The translations under genes and the position numbers were made by a program. Below the pieces are notes generated by a model. That model had not been told where the DNA came from. It searched no databases and was given only the letters and a program-made list of their open reading frames with translations. Of a stretch of 64,000 nt of DNA, positions 1 through 14,875 are shown in pieces. This stretch comes from Chrysomallon squamiferum. Taxonomy: Eukaryota > Animalia > Mollusca. Position 1 is the first letter of the stretch. Every line of letters begins with the position of its first letter. The stretch is from the NCBI GenBank assembly GCA_012295275.1, contig CM022676.1, positions 8,308,001 through 8,372,000 on the forward strand, in the 5' to 3' direction.

Positions 1-544
1 AAATGTTTTATTTTTTATTTATTTTTTTATTTTTTATTTTATTATTATCTTTTTTTAGATAATTCTGTTAAAAAGCTTTATTGCTTTTCAGATAAGGACT
101 GATAAAATTCCATTTGAAACTGCTGTTCTTCATTTAGAAAATACTTGACAATATTTCTGTGTAAATCAGATATACAGCACCTACTTATGTGATATGTTCT
201 GTATAAAACATCCAGATAAAAACTAACAACATAACTGATATTCTCATGTAGGAAATATGTGACAATATTTCACTTGTAATTCAAATATACAACACCTACT
301 CATGTGTTACACTGTGAATAAAACATGTTGTTAAGATTGCTTGATATACGAGTTGTGTATTATTTATTAATTTGAAATATTTCTATGAAAATGAAAAAAA
401 ATAAAATAAAATAATAATAATAATAATAATAATAAATAATAATAATAAATAAAAAATTAATTAATTAATAAACAAACAAGATAATACTAAAAGAAAAACA
501 CAAACATCTCTGTAATAACCAAAAATAGTTTGGCTGTATTATTA

Positions 545-601
<57 letters not shown>

Positions 602-916
602 GTAATAATCACAACAACAAAAAGAACAACAATTATAATACAAACATATTAACACAGACTTTGTACTTTTCAATGCTCAAGATAGTGTTATATGTAATTA
701 ACTGAGTTTATCATATAACAGACTTGTTCTGATTGACTATCGTGACATAGCAGTGATCAGTAACATAGCTTCAGGATGGAATTTGTATTAAGACTTGATA
801 AAAAAGTGTTAATTATCTGTTATAAGTACACTTTGATTACAGAAAGATGTGTGCATGTGTTTGTGTGTTAATAGATATGTGTGTGTATATATATATATAT
901 ATATATAAAAATATTC

Positions 917-1521
917 TGACCATTGACCAATAACAAAATACACACTTGACCACTGCCCAATAACAAAATACACATTGACCATTGACCAATAACAAAATAC
1001 ACACTTGACCACTGACCAATAACAAAATACACACTTAACCACTGACCAATAACAAAATACACACTTGACCACTGCCCAATAACAAAATACACACTTGACC
1101 ACTGCCCAATAACAAAATACACACTTGACCACTGCCCAATAACAAAATACACACTTGACCACTGCCCAATAAGAAAATACACACTTGACCACTGACCAAT
1201 AACAGAATACACACTTAACCACTGACCAATAACAAAATACACACTTAACCACTGCCCAATAACAAAATACACACTTGACCACTGCCCAATAACAAAATAC
1301 ACACTTAACCACTGCCCAATAACAAAATACACACTTAACCACTGCCCAATAACAAAATACACACTTGACCACTGACCAATAACAGAATACACACTTAACC
1401 ACTGCCCAATAACAAAATACACACTTAACCACTGCCCAATAACAAAATACACACTTGACCACTGCCCAATAACAAAATACACACTTGACCACTGCCCAAT
1501 AACCAAACTAACACTGACCAA
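917..1521. repeat. 30-bp minisatellite, about 20 copies
   Basis: Unit ACCACTG(C/A)CCAATAACAAAATACACACTT(G/A); near-identical copies line up every 30 nt. Confidence 0.95.
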
Positions 1522-1792
1522 TGAAGCCATAGCTGTCAGGCCACTTTGTGTTACACATACACACTCTGGGCTGTACGACACTGATGTTTGATCACTGAAA
1601 ATCAATTGACATCAGTGACCTGGTGTCAGTGGCAGTCAGTATCAAATTTAATTAATCTGCAAGCTGTTTGTGTGGCTGTGAGCGGCATATTGATAACCAG
1701 GAGCATCTGGCTCTCCCGAATAATCAAATGTTATTTTTAATGTGTTTTGAACATAGATATAGAAAATGTGTGTGACTGTGTGTGTGTGTGTG

Positions 1793-1895
<103 letters not shown>

Positions 1896-2093
1896 TGGGT
1901 GTGTGGGTTATTGATAACAAGAGCATCTGGCTATCCAAAAACTTAAATGTAGTTCTGGTACATTTAAATTGCATGTAGAGATGTCTCTGTGTGTATGTGT
2001 GTGTGTACATGTGTCTGTGTGGATATTAACTCTAGGATAAACCATGTAGAATGTTAATGAATATACATTCAAAAAAACTTGTATGTAAGTATA

Positions 2094-2127
<34 letters not shown>

Positions 2128-3639
2128 CATGTGTCAATATATGCATGTATGTAAGCATATGTGTATTTGTGAATGTATAATGTATGCCTGCATACAAGTT
2201 AGATTTGCATTGATGAATAAATAAATGCACATAAAAACTTAAATTTTACTTTAGACACACACACATATACACACAAACACCTCTGAATCGATTTTCTGTC
2301 AAAATATATTAAACTGTATCACAAAAGAATAACAAAGAAATGTCTGCCCAATGCACAAGGCAAAATATTATTACACACAGTTTAATGTTCAATTTGATCT
2401 GAGCAACAGCAAGTGATATAGATTTGTCAAGAACATGATATAGTAAAAAGAAATAATAGACTATGTGAGCCATGTGTATTGATCTTCTACTTGCAAAACG
2501 AATGATTATCTGAGCATGTCATTTCATTACACAGATATCATTAGATGTATGCATGTACATTTATAAACATGCTAGACATATGATTATTTGATAAAGGTTA
2601 CTTGCTAATGATGATTGTGATGTTGTGGTTATTAAGATATTGTTCTCTTGATAATGGTAATGATGATGGTGATAATAAGATGATGATAATAACAAATATG
2701 ATAATGATGATGATGATGACAATGATGGTAAACTGATATCTGGGTTGTCATTTCAGTTCACCACCTAGTGCATATGTAAAAGCTATTTTCAGAACATCAG
2801 TAAATGTTCTTATTCATAGTATCATCAAAAGCTCTTATCAGAGCATCAGTAAAAGCTCAGGTCTGATTAGACACCAGTCCTGGGATTTGATCCTATAAAC
2901 CTGACTTCACCTAACTGATCCCAACAAGCAAAATACTGCTAGTGGTATATGAACCCCGTACCTAGCAATTGCAAAATGCACTGATTTAACCACAACAGAG
3001 ATAATAATACAAACAGGATTTAAAACTTCATAGATGGATCTAACTCAATCAATTAACTCCCAATAACAGATACATCGTGCAAAAGGTGAGACGCTGAAGA
3101 AAAAAAACAAAAAAAAATAACATACGTTGTTAAATATGGTAAAACAACACACCTTGCAGAATGCCAAACCAATAAAGAATGCCAAAACAATTGTGCCTGC
3201 CAAAACAGTATTACATTTGGAATGTAGATGGGAACATCTCTTTTGGTTTCTAGCACTTCCCTTTCACCAGAGGTGGTGCCCAGACAAACATGAAGAAGGT
3301 CAGAAGTTTGCAATTCTTGCAAATAACATTTCCAACTGCAAACCCCATGCACTGGCAGTCAGGCAGCAGTATATAGCTGAACAGCATCCCAGCTTTCTGC
3401 TTCGCTAATAACAGTTAATATTGCCAGCAGAACACGAGAAAAGTGGCATTAGTTAATAAGAGTCTAATAAAGAAAAGGACATTTAGTCTGTGTTTGAATT
3501 GTTATTGGACGTCTGTATCCTGTTGAGAGAGAAATTAAAGAGAGAGTGGATAATGAAACAGAACTGGGTTGGTTTTTTTTTTGTCCAATTTCAAATAACA
3601 GATGTACAGTCATATTAGCTTCTAGATGATTGTGGTTAT

Positions 3640-3900
3640 GGTGGATTATGCTGGTGTTGGGAAATGATTTCATGGTAATGGGAATGGAAGGTGGCTTCAT
3701 GGTGTTTGGAATGGGAAATGTCTTCGTGGTACTGGGAATAGAAAATGGCTTGATGGAGCTTGGATGAGAAAATGATTTCATGGTAATGGAAATGGGAAAT
3801 GGCATCACGATGATAGGAATTTAAAGTTGCTTTGTTGTTTTGACTATGGAGAATGACTTTATGGTTATGAGAAGGGGAAATGGTTTCATGATGATGAACA
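3640..3900. repeat. Degenerate minisatellite of about 30 bp
   Basis: Recurring (TC)ATGGT..TGG(G)AAT..GAAATG units about every 30 nt. Confidence 0.7.
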
Positions 3901-4731
3901 CACAAAAAAATAATCTTTGGTTTTATTGTGAGTGGCTGTCTGTGTGTGTGTGTGTCTCTGTATGTATATGTGTTTATGTGTGTGTTTGAGTACATATGTC
4001 TTCATGTGTATGTGTGCTTGCACACTTGTATTTGTCGAAAAAGCAAAATCATCTTTTATGTCTGTACAAATTTCTGTCCCCAATCTCCATTTTCTTCCTA
4101 TATGTTTGTTTTTGATTATGTTGGACACAATTCTGAAGCATACTCCATACAAAAATATACAGAGTATTGATTAACTATAATGTTTACATGTTGTGTTAAT
4201 TTTCTTTTCTGATAGAAAAGTTCTGCTTGGAAAAAAAAAAAAATTATTAATTCTTTTGATGCTTAACTTTGCGACAAGCTGGTGAAAAATCAATTTTTTT
4301 CAATTAATTTCTTCTCCTATTTATTTATTTTATTATTATTAATATTATTATTTTTTTTTTATTACAAAATTATTGTTTTTCATTTTCTTTGAGGTGTTCA
4401 TGTTTTCAGCTATTGTCGACAATTTTTATATTATATTTACATAAAAACTACATTATTACAGTATACTGTTGTGTTGTTGTATTTTTTTGGTTTTAAAGAA
4501 AATCTATAAAATCATGAAGATCAAAGAAAGATAATTATTTTTGAAATGAGACTCATGGCAATTAATATTTGGGAAATTGAATTTTTGAAATATGCCTATG
4601 TATGGATTATCCATATGCATGTTTTTTGTTTAACTGGGTAACAGAACTATTTTTTGTAGCAGGAAATAAATAAATAGCATACACATACACATATATATAC
4701 ACATACACACAAACATATAAGCAACACACAT

Positions 4732-4770
<39 letters not shown>

Positions 4771-5414
4771 CTTGTATATTGTGCAACATTATTCAATCCC
4801 TAAGCAACCATTTCTTTTATCAAATTCAGATTTCACATGACATAAAAAATAAAAACAATTATTTTTTTTTTCTCACAAAAATTTCTAAATTTATCCAGAA
4901 CCATTCTTCAAAAATATCCATTACTTCACACACACAGACAGACTCGTGACACACAAACAAAACATTAACACAACAAAACAAACAATTTCCGCTCTACTGA
5001 TCTTTTTCGTTTTGTTATTGATCTCTCGGTTTCTTCTTCGACAAATTGAAGAGACTCTGACTGAACTGAATACGAAACATCAATACATTTCAAGAGGACA
5101 AACTCTCACACACAGAATGGCAACATACTCTTGCCATCAAGTGGCTTGTCTCTTGTCCTACAAGGCTGATTGCTATGGGCACAAAAAGGTCAGAGAATTC
5201 ATTCTGCCCTGGCTTAGCCGGTAGCAGACATCTTGTTGTATTTTCTACATGAGATGAAATCACTGAAGTAAATTCTAATGGTACAGAGTTTAAGTCTTCG
5301 GGCCCCCAGACTAGTTAGTTTGTAGATTACTTGATCACACAAGATTGTTAAACCTGGAGCTAAGTAGGTAGAAGATGTAAGAGCTACATCTCTGTTCTGT
5401 TTAATTTTTCTAAT

Positions 5415-5780
5415 ACGGGCAATCTTCAGTAGACAATCTAGATCATTACTTCTTTCCTTTTCTAAACAATACTGTAATATGGATATCTTCTGCAGACAAC
5501 CAATATCATTATTTCTTTCCCTCTCTAAACAATTCTCTAATATGGTTATCTTCTGCAGACAACCTATGTCATTACTTCTTACTTTCTCTAAACAATACTG
5601 CAAGATGGGTATCTTCTGTTGACAGACTAGATAATTGCTTCTTTCTTTCTATATATGCTATTCTCCAATATGAATATCTTCTGCAGACATAATTCTCCAA
5701 TATGAATATATTCTGCAGACAATCTCAATATTTACTTTTTCTCTCTATAAATAATTCTCAGTTATGGATTTCTTTCAGAA
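5415..5780. repeat. Degenerate tandem repeat of about 63 bp
   Basis: Repeated TATCTTCTGCAGACAA...TCATTACTTCTT...TCTCTAAACAAT units. Confidence 0.8.
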
Positions 5781-6288
5781 TTTGAAATAAATAATTATGA
5801 CTTTAAAATTAAATAAACTGTAAAAGTAATAAGATATTTTTACAAAAACTAAATAAATAAATAAATATTTAAAAATAATAATAATAATAATTAAATAATT
5901 AAATAAATAAATAATAAAAAAGAAATAAGTATTTAAAAAAATAAATAAAAATAAAATAAATAAATAAATAAATAAACAAACAAAAACAAAAATAAATAAA
6001 TATTAAGAAATAAAAAATTAAATTAAATTAATAAATAACCATACAATCAAACAACAAAATGAACATGTAATAATACCTTTCTCTGCCTCTCACATTTAAT
6101 CAATAGAGCTTAACAATCTTCTTCAAAGAAGAGTTCTAAAGCAGAATTGTACATCACTAATGATTTCTGTATTGGCTCTATTTGTGAACAAACTCAGACT
6201 TTGTCTACATTTGTATGTCATATTGATTTTTCTCTCCTCTTATTGAGAAAGATTAATTAGTATCATTTTACTAGCTGAAAGACGCTTT

Positions 6289-6518
6289 TCTGTATTTGTA
6301 TATAAATGAATGAATACTGGTTTAATTACATTTCCATGTATTTTAATGGATATCGTGTGTATTTTATATTCTATTTGCTGAAGGTGTATTTTATATAGTA
6401 CGTGCTGAAACTTTGAAAAGACTCTGTTCTGTATTTATATATAAAATGAATGAATACTGGTTTAATTACATTTCTATGTATTTAATGGATATCATGTGTA
6501 TTTTAGATTGTATTTGCA
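6289..6518. repeat. Local tandem duplication (two copies of about 90 bp, about 140-bp period)
   Basis: TCTGTATTT...AAATGAATGAATACTGGTTTAATTACATTTC...ATGGATATC..GTGTATTTTA at about 6289 and about 6429. Confidence 0.85.
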
Positions 6519-9500
6519 TGATGATCCTGAAGGAAAATAAAAAATAAATACTGATGATGATGTAAGATATGAAATTGCTGTTGTTATGTCTTATGATGAT
6601 GATGTAAAATATGATAACCCTATCTGTAACCTGACTAATCTAAAATCTAACCCATCAGTAACAGTAATGCAGTCCCTAGCCCAAACCACAATGCTATCTC
6701 TATCCCTAATCGAAACCCTAATACTAACCCTAACTCAAAACCTAACTTTAACCTTAACCCAAATCCTATGCTATGAAACTATTGTTACAAAGCTGATGGT
6801 TAAGATGTAAGATATTAAATTCTTGCTGTCATTTAGTGGGCTGTTCTCATCATATATAGTTACAATATATGCTGACAAGTAACTTGAAAAATATTCCTTA
6901 TTCTTACTAAAGGAACTGTTAATGCTAAAAGGAAAAACCTTTAACCACATTTTTATTTTCTTCCTTTTTTAAATAAAAAAAAGAAATGCTACAACAGTTT
7001 TTCCTTTTAGTATAAAAAAAAAAAAAAACCCACCCTTAGGACAGTTCAATATTTATGAAGTTAATTCTTTCCTAGTGATATGCAGATATTTCCATTCAAA
7101 TTTTGTATTATTGTTATCTGCATAAAATGGATTTACCCTAAGGCCTTATTTAAAAAAAAACAAAAAAATCTTCTCTTTATGCTGTGAAAAGTGGAGTCAA
7201 CCCACAGATACTCCCAAACATTGTATCAGCTCAGAAACAGAAAATAATAATTCCATTTTTTTTTTTTTTTTTTTTTTTTTTTGGCTAATTAGAATAATTC
7301 TGGGAAAGATCATGATATTTAATTACACAGCAAAAAGGATTATCAGAGACCTTGATGCTAGAGTGCAAAAGAGAATTTTTTTTTTTAACATTTTTTTTTT
7401 TTTTTTATATATTTGGACATATAAGCTGTAATGTCTTCTTCCTTCAACAATTTCTTTACAGTCCCATTAGAGTATTGTTCTTTTATCAATACATCAGTGA
7501 ACATTATTAACAAAATCCTGGGCAGTTTTTACCTGAGTATGAACAAAGGCAACTACTTAGATTACTGCATGTCTAAACCTATTTACACATGCATGTATCT
7601 GTCATTCCATGTCTCAAAGGAATTATTCACCACAGATTTGCTATCTCTTTTAATTGTTTTTCTCTGATTGAGATCACTGGTAATTTATCTCTGTATGTCT
7701 TAATTTCTGTTTTACTAAGTAGATTCCTTGCCGATTAAGACCAAACAGACTTACTCTAATGCACTGAACATCAATGAAGTCATCTGTCAGCTAAGTTTAA
7801 TATTCCCAGTTTATTCATTCACTGTCCCTCTGAAAATCTATTCTTGGAACATCCATTTCATTCATCCAAATGTGTCACTCTTATTCTCAATCCCATTTAC
7901 CTGTTATACTTTATTTGTAATTTTATTCATGCAATAAAACATTTTTCATTTTTTAAACTTTTTTTCTTAAACCACATTCCTACCAAAAATCAATTTTCCA
8001 ATCATTAATTCATTCATCCATTAAATTTGTTCACACTCTCAATTAATTCATCCTTCCAGAAATTAATTCTTCAATCCTTTACTTTATTCATCCATCTGCT
8101 TTCCAAATCCTCAGTTCATTTATCCATTGTTTTCAATGAATAAAAAAAACAACTTATTTAATAACAAAATAAATAAATAAATAAATTTAATAAAAACAAA
8201 CAAATAAATAAATAAATAAATAAAAAGCTTGTCACACCTTCAACTTCAGTTACTATAAAAAACCCAGAAAAAAACAAACAACCAAATAACAACAAGAGGC
8301 AATCCATTACAAACAAAAACAATCACAAAAACACCAATGATACAGCTATGTAGCAGCAAATAACCAGAGAATTAATCCATTTACTCTGCTAGAAACAAAT
8401 CCCCTGAGTAGAAACACAGCTCAGAGCGCTTGTGTTCATTTACCATTCCATTTTTATTACTGTACATGTCTCTGTGGGACCTTGCTTCCTGTTTTTGTCT
8501 GTTTCTATTACTTACTTGATAATCTACTATCTGCCAGGACTGGTTACACCAGACACAGATACAGATGGAGGAGACAGATGAGGTGCATTAAGTGATGGCA
8601 GAGGGGGGAATGCATTGATTTTTTTAACAAATTTATTGAAAATTAGAGGTATTCTGATTTAAGAACACAGCTGAATTACCATTATGACAAACATATTGCT
8701 GGATGGATGGATGGATGGAGGAATAGAGGGCACCTTCATTAAATAATTTTGTTGAAATTGGATGTAGCGTGAGTGATCATAGAGGTTTGCTGATTTTAAG
8801 AATACAAGTTAATAAAGTGTGTTACCACCATTGCAGTGAAAAGTATGGAGTGATGAATGAATCAACAGGAAGGAAGGAAAAAAAAAAAATAAAAAAAATA
8901 TTGGTTTTAAATACTTTATTGAAACTGGTTACAGTGTAGGTTTTGGAATGGTATGCTGAATTTTAGGAATATAGTTGAATTGTAATAAATGTATGTGTGG
9001 AGAGAAAACCCCTGATTTTAACTACTTTCTTGAAATTAGCAATGGCATGGGTGACTGTAGAGGTAAGCTGTTTCAGGAATGGATCATAACTGAAATACAG
9101 TCACACTTACAGTCACAACTACAGCTATGTTTGTAAGATTGAATCTAGATTGTGATACCTTCTATAAAATATTTAGTGTGCCAATAAAAAAAAATAAAAT
9201 AAAATAAAATAAAAAATAAAATAACTAAATAATAATAATAAAATATATCTATATCTATATATAATAAATAAATAAATAAATAAATAAAATAAAACATAAA
9301 ATAAATAAGTAAGAAAATAAATAAATAAATGCAAACAACTTAAACCGTGTGGTACAATACACTGAAAAAATTGTTAACATCTCTTTATAAAGAAATTCAC
9401 TGCATAAGAAGCCTCATACTTGTAAAGTGATCTGTTAAACCAGGTTGGACTGTAATGTACAGGTAAACATGTATCTGGTCTACTTATTACTGGGTTTTTT

Positions 9501-12500
9501 TTTTTTTCACAGCTCAGTTATACCTCTCCAGATTTGGTCTGGAGGAGAGAAGAGATAGTCTTTCATAGATACTTTCTGCCTGGGAAACAAGACCTGGAAA
9601 CTCCTAGACTTGCTGCAGGCCGCTTTATTCCAAACATCTATTTGTGTATAATTATAATATTATAATAATGTTATAGATTTGCTATATTCTATAATGACTG
9701 TTGTATGCTAGGGTTATCAGTATCTGATTTATATATATATCTGGTGTATTTTTATATCTATAGCTGCCTAGTCAAGTAAACAGCATATTACTAGACTTGC
9801 CACAGGCTGTTTTAATACATTTTATGTGTTTGTCTAAGACTAATATATATAGCATGTGATGTAAAATATATGGTGTATGTATCTAGACTTGCTTCAGTCC
9901 CAAGTTTCTTACGATAATGATTGACTTTTCATGACCAATCTAATGCTTGAAATCATGAAACAGTATTATTCCTGCAAATATCTAGACTTGCTAAATTGTT
10001 TAAAGTTATTTATTACCTGTAATACATTATTTTACTGTGCATGTTTTAACTGATATATATATATGTATACTTTCTCCTATCATTAAGAGAGACAGGATAG
10101 TTAATATTCATTCATTCATTATCATTGTGTCTAATATTCATTCATTCGTTCATTCATTCACTGTGTGTGTGTTATATATATGACACTGTCTGTTTCTCTG
10201 CATGTATCTGTGCATGTGTGTGTGTGTGTGTGTGTTTGAAACTGATTTGAAACTGATTTATAAATTTCAAAAATATTCTTCGATAAAAAAGAAAATGGCT
10301 GACTTTCTTTCTTTCTACACCAGTTAGAATCTTTTTTTTAATTTATCACCAGCACTTAATCAGAAGTTCTTTCATTACACAGTCACACTATTTATTTTTA
10401 GCCTGCATCAAATGTCTTACTGTGGATATGTAAGTATTTCCTGTTGATTCAAGTTGATTGTTACAGTCATAAAGTTACAAATGAAAATTATTACATATTG
10501 TGAGTTGTAATTTCATATGCATCCATTGTTAACAATACAAATATCTGGTTATATTTTAGAGAGAAAAAAATAATTAAATATTTATTCTTGACATTAACTT
10601 TTATTTCCATTTATCAGATGTATATTTATAGAAATGAGTTATAGGTGAAACAGAATGTGATAGAATAATGAAGAAAAAGATAAGCAGATATATAAAAATA
10701 AATATAGAGAGAAAGAAATAAAAGATATAAAAATAAATAGAGAAAAAAAGAAATGAATAAATAAAAAAAAGAAATAAAATATATAAGAAAATAGATAAAA
10801 AATGTAATAATTAGAGATGGAGAGAGTAAGAAATAAGAGATATAAAAAAATAATAGAGATACAAAGGGAAGAGATATAAAAATCTTGAAACACTGGAAAA
10901 AAAAGAAAAAAGAAAGACAAATTTAACAGAGATGGAGACAGACAGAGAGAAAGGGAGAGAGAATGGAAAAATAAATATAGAGAGAAAGAAATGAAGCAAA
11001 CAGAGATATAAAAATAAATATTTAGAGAAAAATAGAGAAGCAGATAAAAGTGAGAAACATTACATGAGAATCTCTGCACTGAGACATAAACAATGCAGTT
11101 ATAATGTAACTAACTTTCAGTGTTATTTTAAAGGGTTGAAAACAGACGGGGGAATAGTAAGCAAATTTCTCAACATCTGTCTTCCTATATCTGTTTCTAT
11201 GTATATATTAATATATGTGTGTAGGTGTATTAATCTGTATCTATCTGCCTATCTACATATCTATCTTTTCTATTTCTATGTATATATTAATATATGTATG
11301 TATGTGTCTATGCATGAATGCATGTATATATATGTATACCCCTTCAAAATCACATATGAACTGTGTTATATCAAGTACTAGTAATAATGATAAATCAAGG
11401 TTAATAATGCATGAATCACAGTCTAATATTAATGATTATCTAATAGATGGAATCTCTCGTGTATTGAGGCATTATAATATGCTTTTAACTTTACACTTAT
11501 CTGTGAGCTATTAAATTCAAATAAAAGATGCCATTGTGTATAAAAACCTGTGCTTTCATCTGTGACAGAACAGTGTGTAATTCAAAACAGTGACCTCATT
11601 TAACAACAACACTCACTCTTCACATGTGTACAAGTGTGACTGTGTGTGTGTATGTATGTGTGTACATATATATATATATATTACATCCCAATATATACTT
11701 TTGATAGAAATGAAAGAGAGAGACTGTGTGTCTTTTAAATGAATATCTGTATATATATATTAAATTGTTTTTTATTTATTCTGTACACATATACCACTGT
11801 CACTAATTATAATAATATCATCATCATCATTATTATTATTAGAATTAACAACAACAATAGCAACAGCAACAACAAATTAACATCACTGTGTAAATAGATA
11901 CTATATAATGTGTTTTTAATCACAGCATATAAACAGCAAGAATAGCATCAACACAATTTTTAGATTCTGTACATGTCATGCAATTATATACATGTTTGTA
12001 TGTATACAGCAAGTCAACTTTCATTAGCTGTGTAATTGCAAATGTCCTGGAGTTTCATAATGTTGGAAGGATTGGATGATCACTTTGTGCTTTGTAGTAA
12101 CAGATGTATAAAACTTGTTAATTACTTTACTGTTTGGGAATAGACACGTATGTATATATGTATGTATGTATGTATGTAAATGTCTCAGGTGCCCAGCTTG
12201 TATATAACTGTATTAAATGGAAATACATTTGTCTCTTTTGTATTTTAATGTAATGCATTATATTGTAATGTATTATATTGTATTTTAATTTTAACTGTAA
12301 TATATTATAATACATTACAATACATTATAAAGTATTATAAAGTAAATTATAAATATTGTATTGTAATGTATTTGTAATCTATTGTAATTCATTGTACTAT
12401 AATATAATCACAGTGGAATGTTTAAATCAATGTTAATTTATAATCCTTAATTTAATTGTATATATTTCCAACTAATAAGAAAAACCATCTATTCCTTTAC

Positions 12501-14875
12501 AATAAGCAACAAGTAATCTTTCAATTTACCTTCCCACAGGCAACAAAGGCTACACTATAATCAAGTCTGATACATTTGACTAGGTTTTCTGTTAGAATGG
12601 GATATAGGCATTTAGCTGATCCAGCCATAATTCTAATCTTTGAAAAACAAGTCACAAGATACTGGTTGGAATGCAAAATATTTTATTAATAATCCTACAA
12701 AGGCTTGAAATTACAACCTTTCATATTTAAGGCCAAAACTGCTAATTATAAAGGAACAGTGAATTTTTTTTTTTTTTTATTTCTTAATCCCTTTCCTCGG
12801 CAGCCCAGTGTAATGTTTATTTATAATGAATTTATACCAATGCAAAATTCTAAATAAATAAATGTCTGAATCTTATAGCACATTTAATTAATTATTGATT
12901 TTCATCTCTTATTACATTTTGTATATTAAAAATAATATCTACTCCATTTAATTAATATTCATGAGATATGCTACCGGAATAGGAAATTAAATATTCTGTT
13001 TAAATTTTAATCATTTGCTAATATATAATTTAAAACATTGATTTACAGAAACAGCTGGTGTATGATATAACTTAATATTATATAGATATTCACATACATA
13101 TACATACATTCATATATATTATCAAACACACATACACAGAGAGAGAGAGAAATAAGAATACACAAACATACAAACAGATAGACACACATGTATGTATATA
13201 TATATATACACATAATTAATATAATATTATTCTTAAAGCCAGGTTATTATTTTAGTTCAAGCTTAAGATGTTATCATGCATAGACAAACAGTTGGACAGA
13301 TAGACAAACACACAAACATATACAAAGAAACAAACTCAAACACACACACACTTAATGAATCAGCCAATGTATTATTTAAGCTTAAAATATGTTCAGCACA
13401 AAAACGTTTTGTCTCTATTACATAGAAAGCTTAATGTTGATTAAATTATTTAAGACCATTCATACTGCTAATAATAGGAAGGAGGGAAGGATGGAAGGAT
13501 GGAAGAAAAGTTGACCACACGTCTGAGTACAATTTAATCAGCTTTTATTAATCTCAGGTGTGAAAGTTTCATTAATCCAGGTATGAAGGTTCATTAATTA
13601 ATTATCAAATGTTCGGATATCCTATTAGCAATTAGCATCACCATGTAATACATTCTGTGTCTCTTTTCATTAATAAAGATATGAACAAATGTGAAAATTG
13701 GAGAATTGGAAAATTTGGCAAAACTGGATATAATTTAAATTTTACATCTGGGGATAATGATTCATGAGTTTCTTAAATTTTGATATTTCATTTAAAAAAT
13801 ATTATTATTACCATTATTTTTATTACTATTACTACTACTACTATTATTTTTATTATTATTTCATTACTATTATTATCATTATTATTACTGTTATTACTAC
13901 TATTTTCATTACTACTAATACTACTATAATTATTATTATTATTATTATTACTGTTATTTTCATTTCTACTAATACTATACTATTATTATTATTATTATAA
14001 CATTTATCATTTTGCTTTAATTGTTTATTTATTTTTCAGTACACTTTATTTTCAGGAACATTTAAATTATAAAACATGGCTTCCTTATATATGTTTCCAT
14101 ATTTTTGCAAAAATAAATTGAAAAAAAAATATATAATAATAATAAGAAGAAAATACTAATATTTATAAATAAATGTTCATTACTCCTACATGTTACTAAC
14201 AATCACTCACATCTGATGTAAAAGATTTGTTTTGTATTTATTCACATTCGATACAGGTGGTAGCAATATCTGCAGAAGTTTGCTCAATTACAGAGATTTG
14301 AACAGATTAATATCTAAACAATACTAAAATCAATAAAACAATCTGATATATTTTCTCACGGTTGGTAATATTGTTGTTGACAAGTTGATGTTTATTTTTA
14401 TACCTGATTTCTGTGCGACGTTGTTGATAGTCTGGTATTAGTTTATATATTAATGTTATCAAATATCTTCTTTTTTTTCTTCTTCTTCTTTTTAATGAAG
14501 TAAAACATCTTATTATTATCATTATTATTATTATTATATTTTATTAATAAATTTATAATTACTACTTCAATTATTAAATCAAAACATGCAGAAGAAGGTC
14601 TTTAATAATAAATCTATTAAATAATTAACTGCTTAAAGTTGAATTAAATAACTTGTTAATCCAGTTTTGCAAATAAATATTTGTTTTCACTTGCTTATAA
14701 CTTTATCATCATCATCATCATCATCAATGCATAATTCACGAACCAGGAAATTGCTCGTGGTCATGCGTAGACAAACATGACCAAATTTAGTCGTTAAGGT
14801 GTTAAAAAAATAGTGGAAAAATAAGTAGATGGCCCCACCCTAAAATCTTAATTAGTAAGAGGTACATGTACTTAC

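Noticed and set aside
917-1521. CRISPR-like appearance of regular repeats (also 33262-33760 and 37760-38095)
   Set aside because: Units are head-to-tail with no unique spacers, there are no cas genes, and the DNA is eukaryotic.
809-1605. 227-aa and 245-aa repetitive ORFs (VVKCVFCYWA)n
   Set aside because: They are translations of a 30-bp minisatellite that lacks stops in some frames; no splice or protein evidence.
3053-3408. ORFs in a non-repetitive intronic island as C2CD2L exons
   Set aside because: No SMP or C2 similarity and no convincing splice pair; it may be a non-coding element.
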